Shown in pieces: positions 1-10,800 of a stretch of 64,000 bases of DNA (positions within the stretch are counted from its first letter, which is position 1; each line of letters starts with the position of its first letter). Position numbers and translations under genes: made by a program. This stretch comes from a virus. Location of the stretch: the IMG/VR virus record IMGVR_UViG_3300005077_000011, positions 21,002 to 85,001 of that record. One strand, written 5' to 3'. A model generated the notes under the pieces. That model was not told the origin of the DNA. It saw only the letters and a program-made list of their open reading frames with translations, and did no database searches.

Positions 1-155
1 GCTAATTTTGTTTCTACACATAAAAATATTGGAGAATGGAAGAAGAAAACTCTAATAAACAATAAAATTGATCTTTGGTTTGACAATGAAGTAAAAATAT
101 ATGAACAAGCAGGTGTAGATTTTTCTGATATAAAAACAGAAATAGTGAGGGTATA

Positions 156-746
156 ATGAAAGACTACAAATTCAATGTCAATTGGTTTTATAATTACAAT
201 GATCAATGGCTTGGAGGCAAAGGCTTTATAAAAGAATTTGTTGATAAGCAAACTAATGCTTTGCAAATTGGATGCTTTGAAGGACAAGCAACAGTGTGGT
301 TATTAGACAACATTCTTACTCATCCTGATTCACACCTTACAGACATTGATCCTTTTTATTCAGAAACAGATTTAGCAGGCGCTAATTTTGAAACTGTTAA
401 AAAATTATATTTTCATAATTTAGAAGAATGTCCATCACGACTTAAGCACAGACTTATTGTAGGAAAATCACAAGAAGAGTTACGATGTTTAGATCCTTAT
501 TCATTTGATTTTATTTATGTTGATGGCTCACACATGAGAGATGATACTCTTGAAGATGCAGTATTATGTCATAGACTCTTAAAGAAAAATGGAATAATTA
601 TTTTTGATGATTATGATTGGGGAAATGAGATTAATGATATGTCTTACAAACCAAAAGAAGCTATAGATATTTTTATGAAAGTATTTGAAAAATATTATAA
701 AGTTATAGATATACATTACCAAGTTGTTTTAAGAAAAATATTATGA
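156..746 (+). CDS. Class I SAM-dependent methyltransferase (Methyltransf_24-like)
   Basis: LQIGCFEG motif I and FDFIYVDGSH; IIIFDDYDW near the C-terminus. Confidence 0.8.
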   Translation: MKDYKFNVNWFYNYNDQWLGGKGFIKEFVDKQTNALQIGCFEGQATVWLLDNILTHPDSHLTDIDPFYSETDLAGANFETVKKLYFHNLEECPSRLKHRLIVGKSQEELRCLDPYSFDFIYVDGSHMRDDTLEDAVLCHRLLKKNGIIIFDDYDWGNEINDMSYKPKEAIDIFMKVFEKYYKVIDIHYQVVLRKIL

Positions 747-1633
747 AGATAACAATGATGAGCACACACAATCAAATATGTGGTATAGCAGATTATACAG
801 CTTCTCTTGTGAAACATTTTCCTCAAGAGCATGAAATTACTATTATTGCTCCAAAGCTTACTGAAAAACATCATTCAGTGAAAGCTGTAGGACCAGAAGA
901 TCCTAGAGTTCATAGACTTTATAATGCAACAATCTGGGATGGAGAAGTTGGTATTGAAATGGACAAAGTCACGGAAATAGCTGAAAAATCAGATATATTT
1001 CATCTTCAATTTCAAGATGCTGTATTCCACCATGAGTGGCTTTGGCATTTAGTCCAAAGACTAAAGAATAAAACAAAATTAGTTATTACTCTTCATGATA
1101 CGTGTCTTGGTAAAATATGGCCTATGCTTGGAGACTTTAAGCTTGTGTTAACAATGAAGCCTGAAGTAAAAGCTCAAGTTCCTCAAGCGAACTTAATAGC
1201 GATGCCTGTGTACAACTTTCAGCCTATGATTAAAGGCTTTGGCCTAGGAAGAAGTAAGCACGAAAATATAAAAAAAGTATGTGAGTCTTTAGGATATAAA
1301 TACGAATATACTTTTGCAGAAGAAAAATGGTTGCCTATAAATGAGTTAATCTCATGGCTTCGAGATTCTGATGGCATAGTCTTGTATTATGATGAAGTCG
1401 GAACTGCAGGGAGTTCTGCGGCTGCAAGAACTGCTCTTAGTACAAGAAGACCTGTTTTTGTCAACAGAGTCACGTGGTTCAATGATCTTTCTGACCAAGA
1501 TGTTATAAAGTTTAATGATGATGAAGACTTAAAAATAAAATTATTTCAAATATTAGATAAACCATATTTGAATACAAATTCATTTGATCAAGTTGTGAAA
1601 GAACATATCAGATTGTACGAGAATATTGTTTGA
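743..1633 (+). CDS. Glycosyltransferase, GT-B fold (GT4-like)
   Basis: N-terminal CGIADYT motif; HLQF and VITLHD; C-terminal SAAAR..ALS..RPV; ATGA overlap with the upstream gene. Confidence 0.7.
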   Translation: MKITMMSTHNQICGIADYTASLVKHFPQEHEITIIAPKLTEKHHSVKAVGPEDPRVHRLYNATIWDGEVGIEMDKVTEIAEKSDIFHLQFQDAVFHHEWLWHLVQRLKNKTKLVITLHDTCLGKIWPMLGDFKLVLTMKPEVKAQVPQANLIAMPVYNFQPMIKGFGLGRSKHENIKKVCESLGYKYEYTFAEEKWLPINELISWLRDSDGIVLYYDEVGTAGSSAAARTALSTRRPVFVNRVTWFNDLSDQDVIKFNDDEDLKIKLFQILDKPYLNTNSFDQVVKEHIRLYENIV

Positions 1634-1819
1634 GTCATTCAGATGACACGAGCGACACGGATTTATCATAAATGATAGATTATAAGGCCTCTTCAAAATA
1701 CATGAAGAAATGTTAATTATTATCATTATTCACAATTCATATAAAAGTTATTTTTATAATAGAAATAGAAACGAATAAAAATTTGTTTTAATTTACTTGT
1801 AAAGCGAGGTGAAAAATAT

Positions 1820-2278
1820 ATGACAGACGGATTAAAAGTTAAAGGTTTTTATCATGTTCAGGTTACTGAAGGAGATAAAGTCATTGGAGATTCAGGTTGG
1901 CTTGAAAACCAAGTAGTTACAGATGGTTTCAATGATTTCCTTTGTAAGACTCTTGGTGCAATTTCTGGATCTAAACAAGTTTCTCATGCTGCTCTTGGTA
2001 CAGGAGGTGCTCCAGCAACAAATGCTACGACACTTGGCGGAGAAGTTGTAAAGAGAGCTGCTGTTACAGCTGCTACATCTTCAACATCAAAAACTGTAAG
2101 ATTTACAGCTACATTTGCAAGCTCAGATTCATTCGTAACAAATACACAAAATATTTCAAATATTGGTTTGTTCAATTCTTCAGCTACAGGAACTTTGTTC
2201 TCAGGTAACACTTACGCTTCTAGCTCATGTGCTACTAACCAGAACGTTAACGTGACTTACGACATTATTTTTGCTTAA
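1820..2278 (+). CDS. Virion structural protein, fibre-attachment-like; paralog of 24172-24651
   Basis: Strong SD GAGGTG; AxGTG, ExxR, IGLF and GTLF pattern shared with the tail-tip protein at 24172. Confidence 0.6.
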   Translation: MTDGLKVKGFYHVQVTEGDKVIGDSGWLENQVVTDGFNDFLCKTLGAISGSKQVSHAALGTGGAPATNATTLGGEVVKRAAVTAATSSTSKTVRFTATFASSDSFVTNTQNISNIGLFNSSATGTLFSGNTYASSSCATNQNVNVTYDIIFA

Positions 2279-2373
2279 GTTTTGTTTTCATAGTGATTTT
2301 GTATATGTCACTTGACTAACAAAAATCATTAATCAAGCTTGGTTAACGAACTAGCAAAAAAGAAGTCACTATT

Positions 2374-2406
2374 AATCGCAGAGACTTAAAACCTCTGCGA
2401 TTTTGT
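2374..2406 (+). terminator. Rho-independent terminator
   Basis: AATCGCAGAG-N9-CTCTGCGATT stem followed by T-rich sequence. Confidence 0.7.
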
Positions 2407-2453
2407 TGTATCATATTCACGATCAAATAAAGTTTTTCTTTATTATTAAAATA

Positions 2454-2462
2454 TGATATAAT
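2454..2462 (+). promoter_or_regulatory. Extended -10 promoter (TGnTATAAT)
   Basis: TGATATAAT after the terminator and upstream of the AAGGAG SD of 2498. Confidence 0.5.
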
Positions 2463-2497
2463 TTCTCTAGTACAAATTAAAAAAGAAAAAAGGAGCT

Positions 2498-3115
2498 ATG
2501 AATACAAAATTAGAACAATTGCTTAAAAAAAATTCAGGCATAAAACTTGATATTGGTTGTGGGGATAACAAGCAGCCTGGATTTGTTGGAATGGATTATA
2601 GAGATTTGCCAGGAGTTGATATAGTCCACAATGTTGAATTATTTCCTTGGCCGCTTCCAGATGAAAGCGTGATCTTATCAATGTGTTCTCATCTTGTAGA
2701 ACATCTTGATCCTCATCCTGGTGATGCTCGAATAGCTCCGCTCATAAAACTTCTTCTTGATAAGAAACTTGTTACTCCTGAAGAAATCAAACAGTATGTA
2801 GGAGAAACTGATCCGGGCCCTAAATTCATGCGATTCTTAGATGAAGTATGGAGAGTCATGAAATATGACGGAGAGGCAATGTTTTCATTTCCTTATGCTG
2901 GATCTCAAGGATTCTGGCAAGATCCTACTCATTGTAATGGAATAAATGAAATTACTTGGACTTACTTTGATCCTCTCGAGCCAAACACTCAAGGTCAATT
3001 GTACAGAATATATAAACCAAAACCATGGAGAATTAAGTTCAGCGCTTGGCAAAAAACTGGCAACATGGAAGTTGTTTTAGTAAAAAGACGAGAAGATCCA
3101 AGTTATCTTAAATAA
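2498..3115 (+). CDS. SAM-dependent methyltransferase (Methyltransf_11-like)
   Basis: KLDIGCG motif I, GFVGMD, PWPLPDESV, EVWRVMK, QDPTH. Confidence 0.75.
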   Translation: MNTKLEQLLKKNSGIKLDIGCGDNKQPGFVGMDYRDLPGVDIVHNVELFPWPLPDESVILSMCSHLVEHLDPHPGDARIAPLIKLLLDKKLVTPEEIKQYVGETDPGPKFMRFLDEVWRVMKYDGEAMFSFPYAGSQGFWQDPTHCNGINEITWTYFDPLEPNTQGQLYRIYKPKPWRIKFSAWQKTGNMEVVLVKRREDPSYLK

Positions 3116-3123
3116 GGAGAATT

Positions 3124-3948
3124 ATGAAAGAAACATCAACAGTAATGGTTGCTGCAAAACCAAAAAAAGGGCCTGTAAGAGAATATAGAAGTGTTATTGT
3201 AGATTCAGAAGACCCTGGATATATAAATAAACTTCTTGTTGGAACACCTTCTACAGGAAATGTCCGTATGGAATGGGTTATGGCTCGATATGGTCAAATC
3301 ATTCCTGTAAATTGGTCAATGGTACAAATGATTCAATGGATTAGTGGGTATGTTCCGATTCATTATTCTGTAGCAGATGCTCAAAATCTTATTGTTAAAG
3401 AGTTGATTGAAAAAGATTTTGAGTGGCTTTTGCTTATAGAACAAGATGATGTTCTTCCTCCTAATGCGTTTATACAGTTTGATAAATATATGCGTGAGGA
3501 AAAAGTTCCAATTGTTTCAGGGCTTTACTTCACAAAATCTATTCCTTCAGAGCCTTTAGTTTTTAGAGGCAGAGGAGTAGGATATTATAAAGATTGGAAA
3601 CTTGGAGACTTAGTTTGGTGTGATGGAGTTCCAACAGGATGTCTTTTAATTCATGGAGGACTTCTTAGAGCTATGTGGGAAGAAAGTCCTGAATATCTTG
3701 TTGGTGGAATAAAAACTCGAAGAGTATTTGAAACACCAAGAAAAATGTGGTATGATCCTGAAAGTCAACAATACAATATGACAACAGGAACAAGTGATTT
3801 AGATTGGTGTACAAAAATAATGAAAGGTGGATTCTTCAAGAAATCTGGATGGGATGAGTATCAAGATAAACAATATCCATTCTTAATAGACACGAACATT
3901 TTTTGCAAGCATATAGATGAAAACGGAGTACAATATCCTCAGGTATAG
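3124..3948 (+). CDS. Glycosyltransferase, GT-A fold (GT2-like)
   Basis: WLLLIEQDD DxD-like motif, VSGLYF, PTGCLLI, SDLDWC. Confidence 0.65.
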   Translation: MKETSTVMVAAKPKKGPVREYRSVIVDSEDPGYINKLLVGTPSTGNVRMEWVMARYGQIIPVNWSMVQMIQWISGYVPIHYSVADAQNLIVKELIEKDFEWLLLIEQDDVLPPNAFIQFDKYMREEKVPIVSGLYFTKSIPSEPLVFRGRGVGYYKDWKLGDLVWCDGVPTGCLLIHGGLLRAMWEESPEYLVGGIKTRRVFETPRKMWYDPESQQYNMTTGTSDLDWCTKIMKGGFFKKSGWDEYQDKQYPFLIDTNIFCKHIDENGVQYPQV

Positions 3949-3974
3949 TATTAATTGCAAAAATAAAAAAAGGA

Positions 3975-4001
3975 GGCTCTTAATCTATAAGAGCCTTTTT
4001 T
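3975..4001 (+). terminator. Terminator-like hairpin GGCTCTTA-N5-TAAGAGCC plus T6
   Basis: Perfect 8-bp stem with a U-tract; the same core occurs at 5622. Confidence 0.65.
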
Positions 4002-4005
4002 GTAT

Positions 4006-4272
4006 ATGTCATTAGAAATAACTCAAAAATATATTGAAGATCCAAAAGCAATAGAATTAAAAAAGCTTTTGAATGTGCGGTGTTCAATCTGCGGAAGTGG
4101 TCCTTTAGGTCCATGTTTTGTTTTTTCTAATAAAACTATTAAAGAAATTGATTATAAAAATACTCAAGAAAGTATTTCATCAATTTCAAAGGTAAAAGAG
4201 CCAGCTTGGCTTAATGAAGTGCGAAAATACGTTTTATGTGATAAGTGTTATTCACAAGAAAATAAAAAATAA
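4006..4272 (+). CDS. Small putative zinc-binding protein
   Basis: CSIC...CDKC; ATG at 4006 preferred over TTG at 4000. Confidence 0.5.
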   Translation: MSLEITQKYIEDPKAIELKKLLNVRCSICGSGPLGPCFVFSNKTIKEIDYKNTQESISSISKVKEPAWLNEVRKYVLCDKCYSQENKK

Positions 4273-4274
4273 AT

Positions 4275-5426
4275 ATGACAAATTTTTCAAATCCTAATTT
4301 TAATACTAATTTATCTAGCTGGAAAGCAGGCAAGATTGCAAACGAAATAGCAGGTTTGTATTTTTGGCATGACGCGACTCAAATGTCTGCTAATGATGGA
4401 GATTCTCTAGGACAAATTGATGATGAAAGCGGAAGTGATTATCATGTTACACAATCAACATCAACTGTAAAACCAACATATAAAAATAACGAAACAGACA
4501 ATATTAATAGTCTTCCTTGTTTTTATTTTGATGGCGGAGATAGAATGACATCAAGTGAAACAACACCATTGACAGATGATTGGACAATGTTTGAGGTCGG
4601 GGTTGTAGGTTCATCCGGAAACTGGAAAACATTTTTAGGGTTTGGAACAGAAGGAGCCTCAGGAAACGCATTATTTAGTTATGGTCCTACTCCATATCTT
4701 CATTTTAATCCTGCTTGGAGTGGAGGTTGGGATACTTCAAATGCGGCTAACACAACAGATTCACATGTTTCTTTAACATATAGAACTGGAACAACAATTT
4801 CTGGTTCTGTAAATGCACAAACTGAAGCAACAGGAAGTTACTCTCTTACTTATAGAAATGGACATATACTTGGAGATTATACTTCTGGAGGAGGACAGGG
4901 TTATTATGGTAGAATTGGAGAAATTTTTGCTTATACTAGTAATTTATCTGCACAAAATAAATCTTATATAATATCGAATCTTGCTCTAAAATGGAATGCT
5001 GACATTTCTTCTGGAGTGTATGGAGCAAGAATAACAAGAGACACGGGAACTACATATTCAGGAAATAATACAGCAAAAATAGTATCGGCGACAAATGATG
5101 CATTAACTCCATTTTTTGAGACTATTAATATAGGAGACACAGGAGATTATAATTTAGTTTGTTATGCATATACTTCTGGAGCAGAAGTTACAAGCTCTGA
5201 TGTAGAATTATATCATAATGGATCAGCAATAACAACTACTTTTACAAGTATGGGAAGCGGGTGGTACAAACTTAATGCAGTTATAACGGGAACTGTAACA
5301 AACGTAAAATATGGAGTTGAGGTAAAGACAAACAAAACAGTGTATGTAACAGGTTTCAATTTAGAGTCACAAACTCCTTTTATGATAACAAGCCCTTTTA
5401 TGAAAAGGGGCGTAAGAATAATATGA
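4275..5426 (+). CDS. Virion-associated lectin/jelly-roll protein (LamG-like insert); paralog of 5663-6832
   Basis: FWHDA..D.SG..YHVTQST..P.YK and GRIGEIFAY motifs; end-to-end similarity to the next large ORF. Confidence 0.55.
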   Translation: MTNFSNPNFNTNLSSWKAGKIANEIAGLYFWHDATQMSANDGDSLGQIDDESGSDYHVTQSTSTVKPTYKNNETDNINSLPCFYFDGGDRMTSSETTPLTDDWTMFEVGVVGSSGNWKTFLGFGTEGASGNALFSYGPTPYLHFNPAWSGGWDTSNAANTTDSHVSLTYRTGTTISGSVNAQTEATGSYSLTYRNGHILGDYTSGGGQGYYGRIGEIFAYTSNLSAQNKSYIISNLALKWNADISSGVYGARITRDTGTTYSGNNTAKIVSATNDALTPFFETINIGDTGDYNLVCYAYTSGAEVTSSDVELYHNGSAITTTFTSMGSGWYKLNAVITGTVTNVKYGVEVKTNKTVYVTGFNLESQTPFMITSPFMKRGVRII

Positions 5427-5635
5427 ATTTAGAAGTAAAAGTCAAAGAAGAAATTCAAGTTTTTGATATATTCGAAAATGCTATTCGATATATCATTAAT
5501 GAAATAAAAAAGTGGTTTGAAAGTGAAGATCAACGGCCTATTACAATTATTGTGTCAAAAAATTCAGAAAGAGGTCCTCCTACACTTGGAGTAAATATAT
5601 CAGAAAGGGTTCGTACAAACGAAGCTCTTAGTTAA
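5423..5635 (+). CDS. Small hypothetical protein with VxExIxVxE-like motifs
   Basis: ATGA-coupled; motif shared with the giant protein. Confidence 0.5.
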   Translation: MNLEVKVKEEIQVFDIFENAIRYIINEIKKWFESEDQRPITIIVSKNSERGPPTLGVNISERVRTNEALS

Positions 5636-5649
5636 TAAGAGCTTTTTTT
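5622..5649 (+). terminator. Terminator-like hairpin AAGCTCTTA-N5-TAAGAGCTT plus T-tract
   Basis: 9-bp stem with a U-tract; same core as 3975. Confidence 0.65.
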
Positions 5650-5662
5650 GTGTATAAATATT

Positions 5663-6832
5663 ATGGCTAATTTTGCAAATGCAGGATTTGAAACAGATTT
5701 ATCAAATTGGAATGCAGGAAAAATTCCTACAGAAATTGCTACGCCTTCTTTTTGGATAAAAGCTGATGCAATTGAAGGATTAAGTGATAATGATACTATA
5801 AGCCAGTGGGATGACTTATCAGGAAGTAATTATCATGTCACACAATCAACAGAAAGTTATCGGCCTACGTATAAAACAAATATAGCAGGATCTTTACCGG
5901 CTGTTTATCAAAATAATTCGAACTATTATCTAGAAAATACTTCTTATCCTGCAATAGGACAAAGCGATTTTACATGGTTTGCTGCAGCAAGGTCAAATGG
6001 TACTGCAGGAAATTGGAGAACAATATTCCAATTAGGAACAGCAGGATCTAATCAATCATTTACTCATGGAGAATATAATGGCACTCTTAGATGGAACAAT
6101 GCTCGCTATGGAAATGATTTTTATGTTCCAACAGATGAGTTAGCTGATGATGTATGGCATGCTAATTCTGGAAAATCATATAGCTCAGATCAATATAATG
6201 GGTGGTGGGATCTTGGAGATACGTCTTCTGGAACAGTTACTCAAGATATAAACATACAAGGAAATCAAATCTCTATAGGAAGATGGGTAAATATAGGATA
6301 TAACTGGAATGGATATATAGGAGAAGTTATTATTTATACGTCAGCCCTTTCAGATGCAAATAGAGCTTTAATTCAGTCTTATCTTATTAAAAAATGGGGA
6401 GTCAGTGTCGATTCTGCAGTGTTTGATCATGGCGGAATAATGGAAAGAAATACTACAACAAAATATGCTGGAAATGCTAGTGCAAAAATTACAGTAAAAA
6501 GTGACACAGATATTCCTTTTTACGAAAATATAAATCTAGGAACAGGACAATATGATATTTCATGTTATGCATACACAACTGGATCAGTAATAACAAATGC
6601 TGATCTTGAATTGTATTATAACGGTTCAGCAGTTACAACAAGTTTTATAGACAAAGGAAGCGGCTGGTATCAATTAACAGCAACAATCTCTGGAGCAAAT
6701 GAATCAAGAAGTGTAGGAGTAATAGTAAAAGCGGGAAAAACGGTATATGTGGATAGTTTTGATGCTTCAGTTAGTGCAATAGATCCTAATGCATTTAAAA
6801 TAAACTTTTCAAAATATATACAGGTAACATAA
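5663..6832 (+). CDS. Virion-associated lectin/jelly-roll protein (LamG-like insert)
   Basis: MANFANAGFETDLSNW parallels MTNFSNPNFNTNLSSW of 4275; GYIGEVIIY; start moved to ATG 5663. Confidence 0.55.
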   Translation: MANFANAGFETDLSNWNAGKIPTEIATPSFWIKADAIEGLSDNDTISQWDDLSGSNYHVTQSTESYRPTYKTNIAGSLPAVYQNNSNYYLENTSYPAIGQSDFTWFAAARSNGTAGNWRTIFQLGTAGSNQSFTHGEYNGTLRWNNARYGNDFYVPTDELADDVWHANSGKSYSSDQYNGWWDLGDTSSGTVTQDINIQGNQISIGRWVNIGYNWNGYIGEVIIYTSALSDANRALIQSYLIKKWGVSVDSAVFDHGGIMERNTTTKYAGNASAKITVKSDTDIPFYENINLGTGQYDISCYAYTTGSVITNADLELYYNGSAVTTSFIDKGSGWYQLTATISGANESRSVGVIVKAGKTVYVDSFDASVSAIDPNAFKINFSKYIQVT

Positions 6833-7125
6833 TGGAAATAAATGTTAGTGAATCAATTTTAGTCTTAGATTATCTAGCAAATCAGCCAGATATTATTGAA
6901 GTGTCCGAGACAGTTTTTGTATCTATACAAGAAGCAGATTCAAGAACTATTAATATTTCTGAAACAATAACGTTAACTGATATTCCACAATATTATGATG
7001 ACACAATGTGGATTCTAGAAAATATATCTATACAAATTGAAAGTTCTGGTCCTTCAGAACCTGACATTGATATAAATATGTTAGATTATGAGGAGCAAGG
7101 TGTTCGAATAACTACACCTAATTAA
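6832..7125 (+). CDS. Small acidic protein with VSESI/ISETITLTD motifs
   Basis: TAATG-coupled; repeat motif shared with the giant protein. Confidence 0.55.
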   Translation: MEINVSESILVLDYLANQPDIIEVSETVFVSIQEADSRTINISETITLTDIPQYYDDTMWILENISIQIESSGPSEPDIDINMLDYEEQGVRITTPN

Positions 7126-7129
7126 ACAT

Positions 7130-7816
7130 ATGAATAATTCTAAAACAATATTAATCGGAATGCCTTCAGGCAGTGGAATGGTTCCAACTATCATGTTGCA
7201 ATCTTTATTAATGCTACACAAACCATATCCTTGTGCATTTTTAAGCGTAGAAAGACAACGAGTTGATAAGGCACGAAATCACATGACAATGGAGGCTTTA
7301 AGAGGTGGATTTGATTATCTTTTCTTTGTAGATGACGATAATCCAATTCCTATAGACACACTTGAAAAATTTATTGAAGATGACAAGGATATAGTATCAG
7401 CACCAATATTGGGACGAAATCCAGACAAAAATGGAATACATCCTTTATGTTGTTTTTATGCTAGAGAAATTATTGCAGACAAAAAACCATTGAAATTGTA
7501 TTTTCCTGTGACTCAATTCAAAGAGAATCATTACTTACATAAAGTAGATGCTACAGGAACAGGATGTCTTTTAATAAAGCGTAAGGTTTTAGAAAAACTC
7601 AATACAATTTATCAAGACTCAATATTTGAATTTGGTGATATAAAGTTTAATGAAAAAGTTACAGTTGACGGAAAAGAATATGACAGACGAACAATGAGTG
7701 AGGACTGCGAATTTTCTGAACGAGCTGTAAAAGCAGGATTTGAAATCTGGGTTGATGAAAGAATTAAACCAATTCATTTGACAACTCTTGGAAGTATAAG
7801 GTGGAATAATGGCTAA
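7130..7816 (+). CDS. Glycosyltransferase, GT-A fold
   Basis: LFFVDDD, ATGTGCLLIKR, SEDCEF. Confidence 0.7.
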   Translation: MNNSKTILIGMPSGSGMVPTIMLQSLLMLHKPYPCAFLSVERQRVDKARNHMTMEALRGGFDYLFFVDDDNPIPIDTLEKFIEDDKDIVSAPILGRNPDKNGIHPLCCFYAREIIADKKPLKLYFPVTQFKENHYLHKVDATGTGCLLIKRKVLEKLNTIYQDSIFEFGDIKFNEKVTVDGKEYDRRTMSEDCEFSERAVKAGFEIWVDERIKPIHLTTLGSIRWNNG

Positions 7817-10800
7817 TTGGGATATTACAACAGCTGGAAGTGCCTTTGAGTTTGAAACAACTTTAATGGCACACCCTACAAAACCGTATGTAATAGATAC
7901 GAATCACTTTTTCGTGTCATATCAAGGAGCTGCATCAGACGGTTTTGCTTCTGTGTTTGCTGTAAATACATCCACTTGGGCTGTAACTGAAGCTGGAACA
8001 CTTGAACATGATACACAAAATCAAACATGGTCATCTTGTGTTCAAATAGATACTAACCATTTCGCAGTTTGGTATCTTGGAAGCACCACAACAACTGATG
8101 CATATGTACAAACATTTGCTGTAAATACATCTACTTGGGCAATAACAACTTCTGCAGCAAGATTCTTATTTGATACTGATGTCGGATCACACAATGATGC
8201 TTTATGGATAGAAGGCACTCATTATATCAATTTCTGGACAAGTGCTTCATCAGACGGTTTTGCACAGACATTTGATATTAATGCAAGTACTTATGTTGTT
8301 ACTACATCTTCTGCTCAATTTGAGTTTGATACACAAAATCATACTTACGGCGCGACAGCTAAAATAGACACAAATCACTTTATTCACTTCTGGCTTGGAG
8401 GAGCAACAACAACTGACGGTACAGTTCAAGTTTTTGCCGTTGACACTTCAACATGGGCCGTATCAACAGCAGCTGCTTTACTTAGATTTGACACAGATGT
8501 TGGATCTTGGAACGCTTGTTACAAAATAGATGCTAATCATTTTATTAACTTCTGGACAGGTGCGTCTGGAGATGGTTTTACACAAGTCTTTACTGTTAAC
8601 ACTTCTACTTGGGCAGTTACTACTGCAGCCGCGCAATTAGAGTTTGATACTCAAAATCATCAAACAAATTCTAAATATTCTGTTGCAAGACTTGATGATA
8701 ATCACTTCTTGTATGTATGGGCTGGACCCGACACGGGAGCATCTACAAATTATGACGGTTTTGCTCAAGTTTTTGAAGTTAATACATCTACTTGGGTAGT
8801 TACAACAGCAGGAGCTCCATTTGAGTTTGATACTACTGAGGGTGAGTATAATGCTATTTCTGAGATAATAGCTGAAACAACTAATAAGCTTCTTCATATA
8901 TTTGTGGGAAGTGGAAATGATGGATATGCAGAAGTATTAAGTGTCGAAATTCCTAGAAGTGTAAATGTGTCAGAATCAATAACACTTTCAGAAAGCACAG
9001 ATTTGTTAGTTCCTATATCATTAAATGTAAGAGTTTCTAATTCAGCAGATATTTATGCTGCTACTTCTGACGCAGAGTTTACTCGCAGTGAATCAACTTG
9101 GGATAGTGTCCACAATGCAGCTACTTCAACAGGAGGATATTCAGCTACTGGAGATAATACCGTACAGTCACAATATGATGGTTCTTCTACTTATTCTCTT
9201 GGAAGATATTTAGCTAACTTTGATACGTCAGGAATTTCTTTAAATGGAAATGTAATTGACAGTGTTATATTCAATGTTAGAGGTTCTTGGCAAAACGGCG
9301 GAGTAAATCTTTATATTATTCCACATACATCAAATGATCTTTCAAACTCAAGCTCATATTCTTCTATTGATTTTACAGATTGTTGTTCTCCATTTACATT
9401 GACTCAAAATGTATGGTCAAATATAACTCTTAATAATAATGGTATAGGCAACATTAATCTTGGTGGAACAACAAAGTTTGCAATAGTAACAGATGATGAC
9501 TTTGAAGACAGTACTCCTACTTTGTCTTCTTACAATTCTGCTTTTAATTCTGGAGATTCTGCAAATCCTCCTTATATTACTGTTAATTATTTTGCCTATG
9601 AATTAGTTGTTATTTCAGAATCTGTAAATATAGCAATCACAAGCGATTTTGAAAAATCAATATCTGTAAATGATTCTATAACTTTGACAGAAAATAAATC
9701 TGTTTCAATTAGCTCTTCTCAAGTTTCAGTTTCTGAAACAATAACTTTGACAGAAGACAAAAACGGATTAATTGCTATAGCAGCTTCTTCTTTTGAAAAT
9801 ATTTCTGTTACGGAAGACAAATCTGCTCTTATTGCTTTACTTATTAACGTCCTTGGCTCTGCCACAAATACAAACTGGTATGATGCTACAGCAACATCTT
9901 CTAGTGTTAGTATGACAGATCCTGATAATGGATGGACAGATAATGGAGCTTATGCAGTCTTTAATGCATTAAATGATGCAGTAACGTATAGAATAGAGGC
10001 CGATTTTGGAATACCAACAAATGCTGTTATTTCTGGTGTCGAAATTAAATTAAATATTAAATACACAGGAGCAGGTCTTAATAGAGAAGCTGGAGTAAAA
10101 TTTACAAAAAATGGTGGAACAAACTGGTCCTCTCAAAAAACAGCAGAAATTAGCGATACAACGGATTATGATGAAACTTTTGGAAGTTCTTCAGATATAT
10201 GGGGAAGAACTTGGACTCCTGCTGATTTTAATAATAATGTCAACTTACTTGTTAATATTTCTCTCAATTCATTTTCTGTAACTTCGATAGACCTAGACGC
10301 TGTTTCAATGAGAGTATATTATCAAACAGCAGGAGAAGGAATTACTCTCTCAGAGTCTGCAGGTGCTTCTGTTGTTACTCCACCTCTTGATGACAATAAT
10401 GCTTCTTCATTTGAAAGTATATCGATTTCAGAGTCTTATTCAGTTGCTATAAATAATTTAAGCATAACAGCATCTGATTCAATTTCAATATCAGAAAATA
10501 AAAATTCTTTAGTTAGTGATTTATTATTAAGCGTTTTTGATTCTGTCACATACAATGAATTTTCTATTTTAAATATTTCTACTATATTGATAAACGTATA
10601 TGAAAATATTTCTCTTGTAGATTCTTCAATTATCACTTTTGTGATTCAGCTTTCTACTTCTGAAAATGTATCAATAACAGAAAATTATGAAGTTCAAAGC
10701 AGCACTCTTCAAATTAATTCTTCTGAAAGTATTTCTATTAGTGAAAGCAAAAATGCACAAATTGATATTCTTCAAATTTTAAAAGAAGAAAATATAATTC

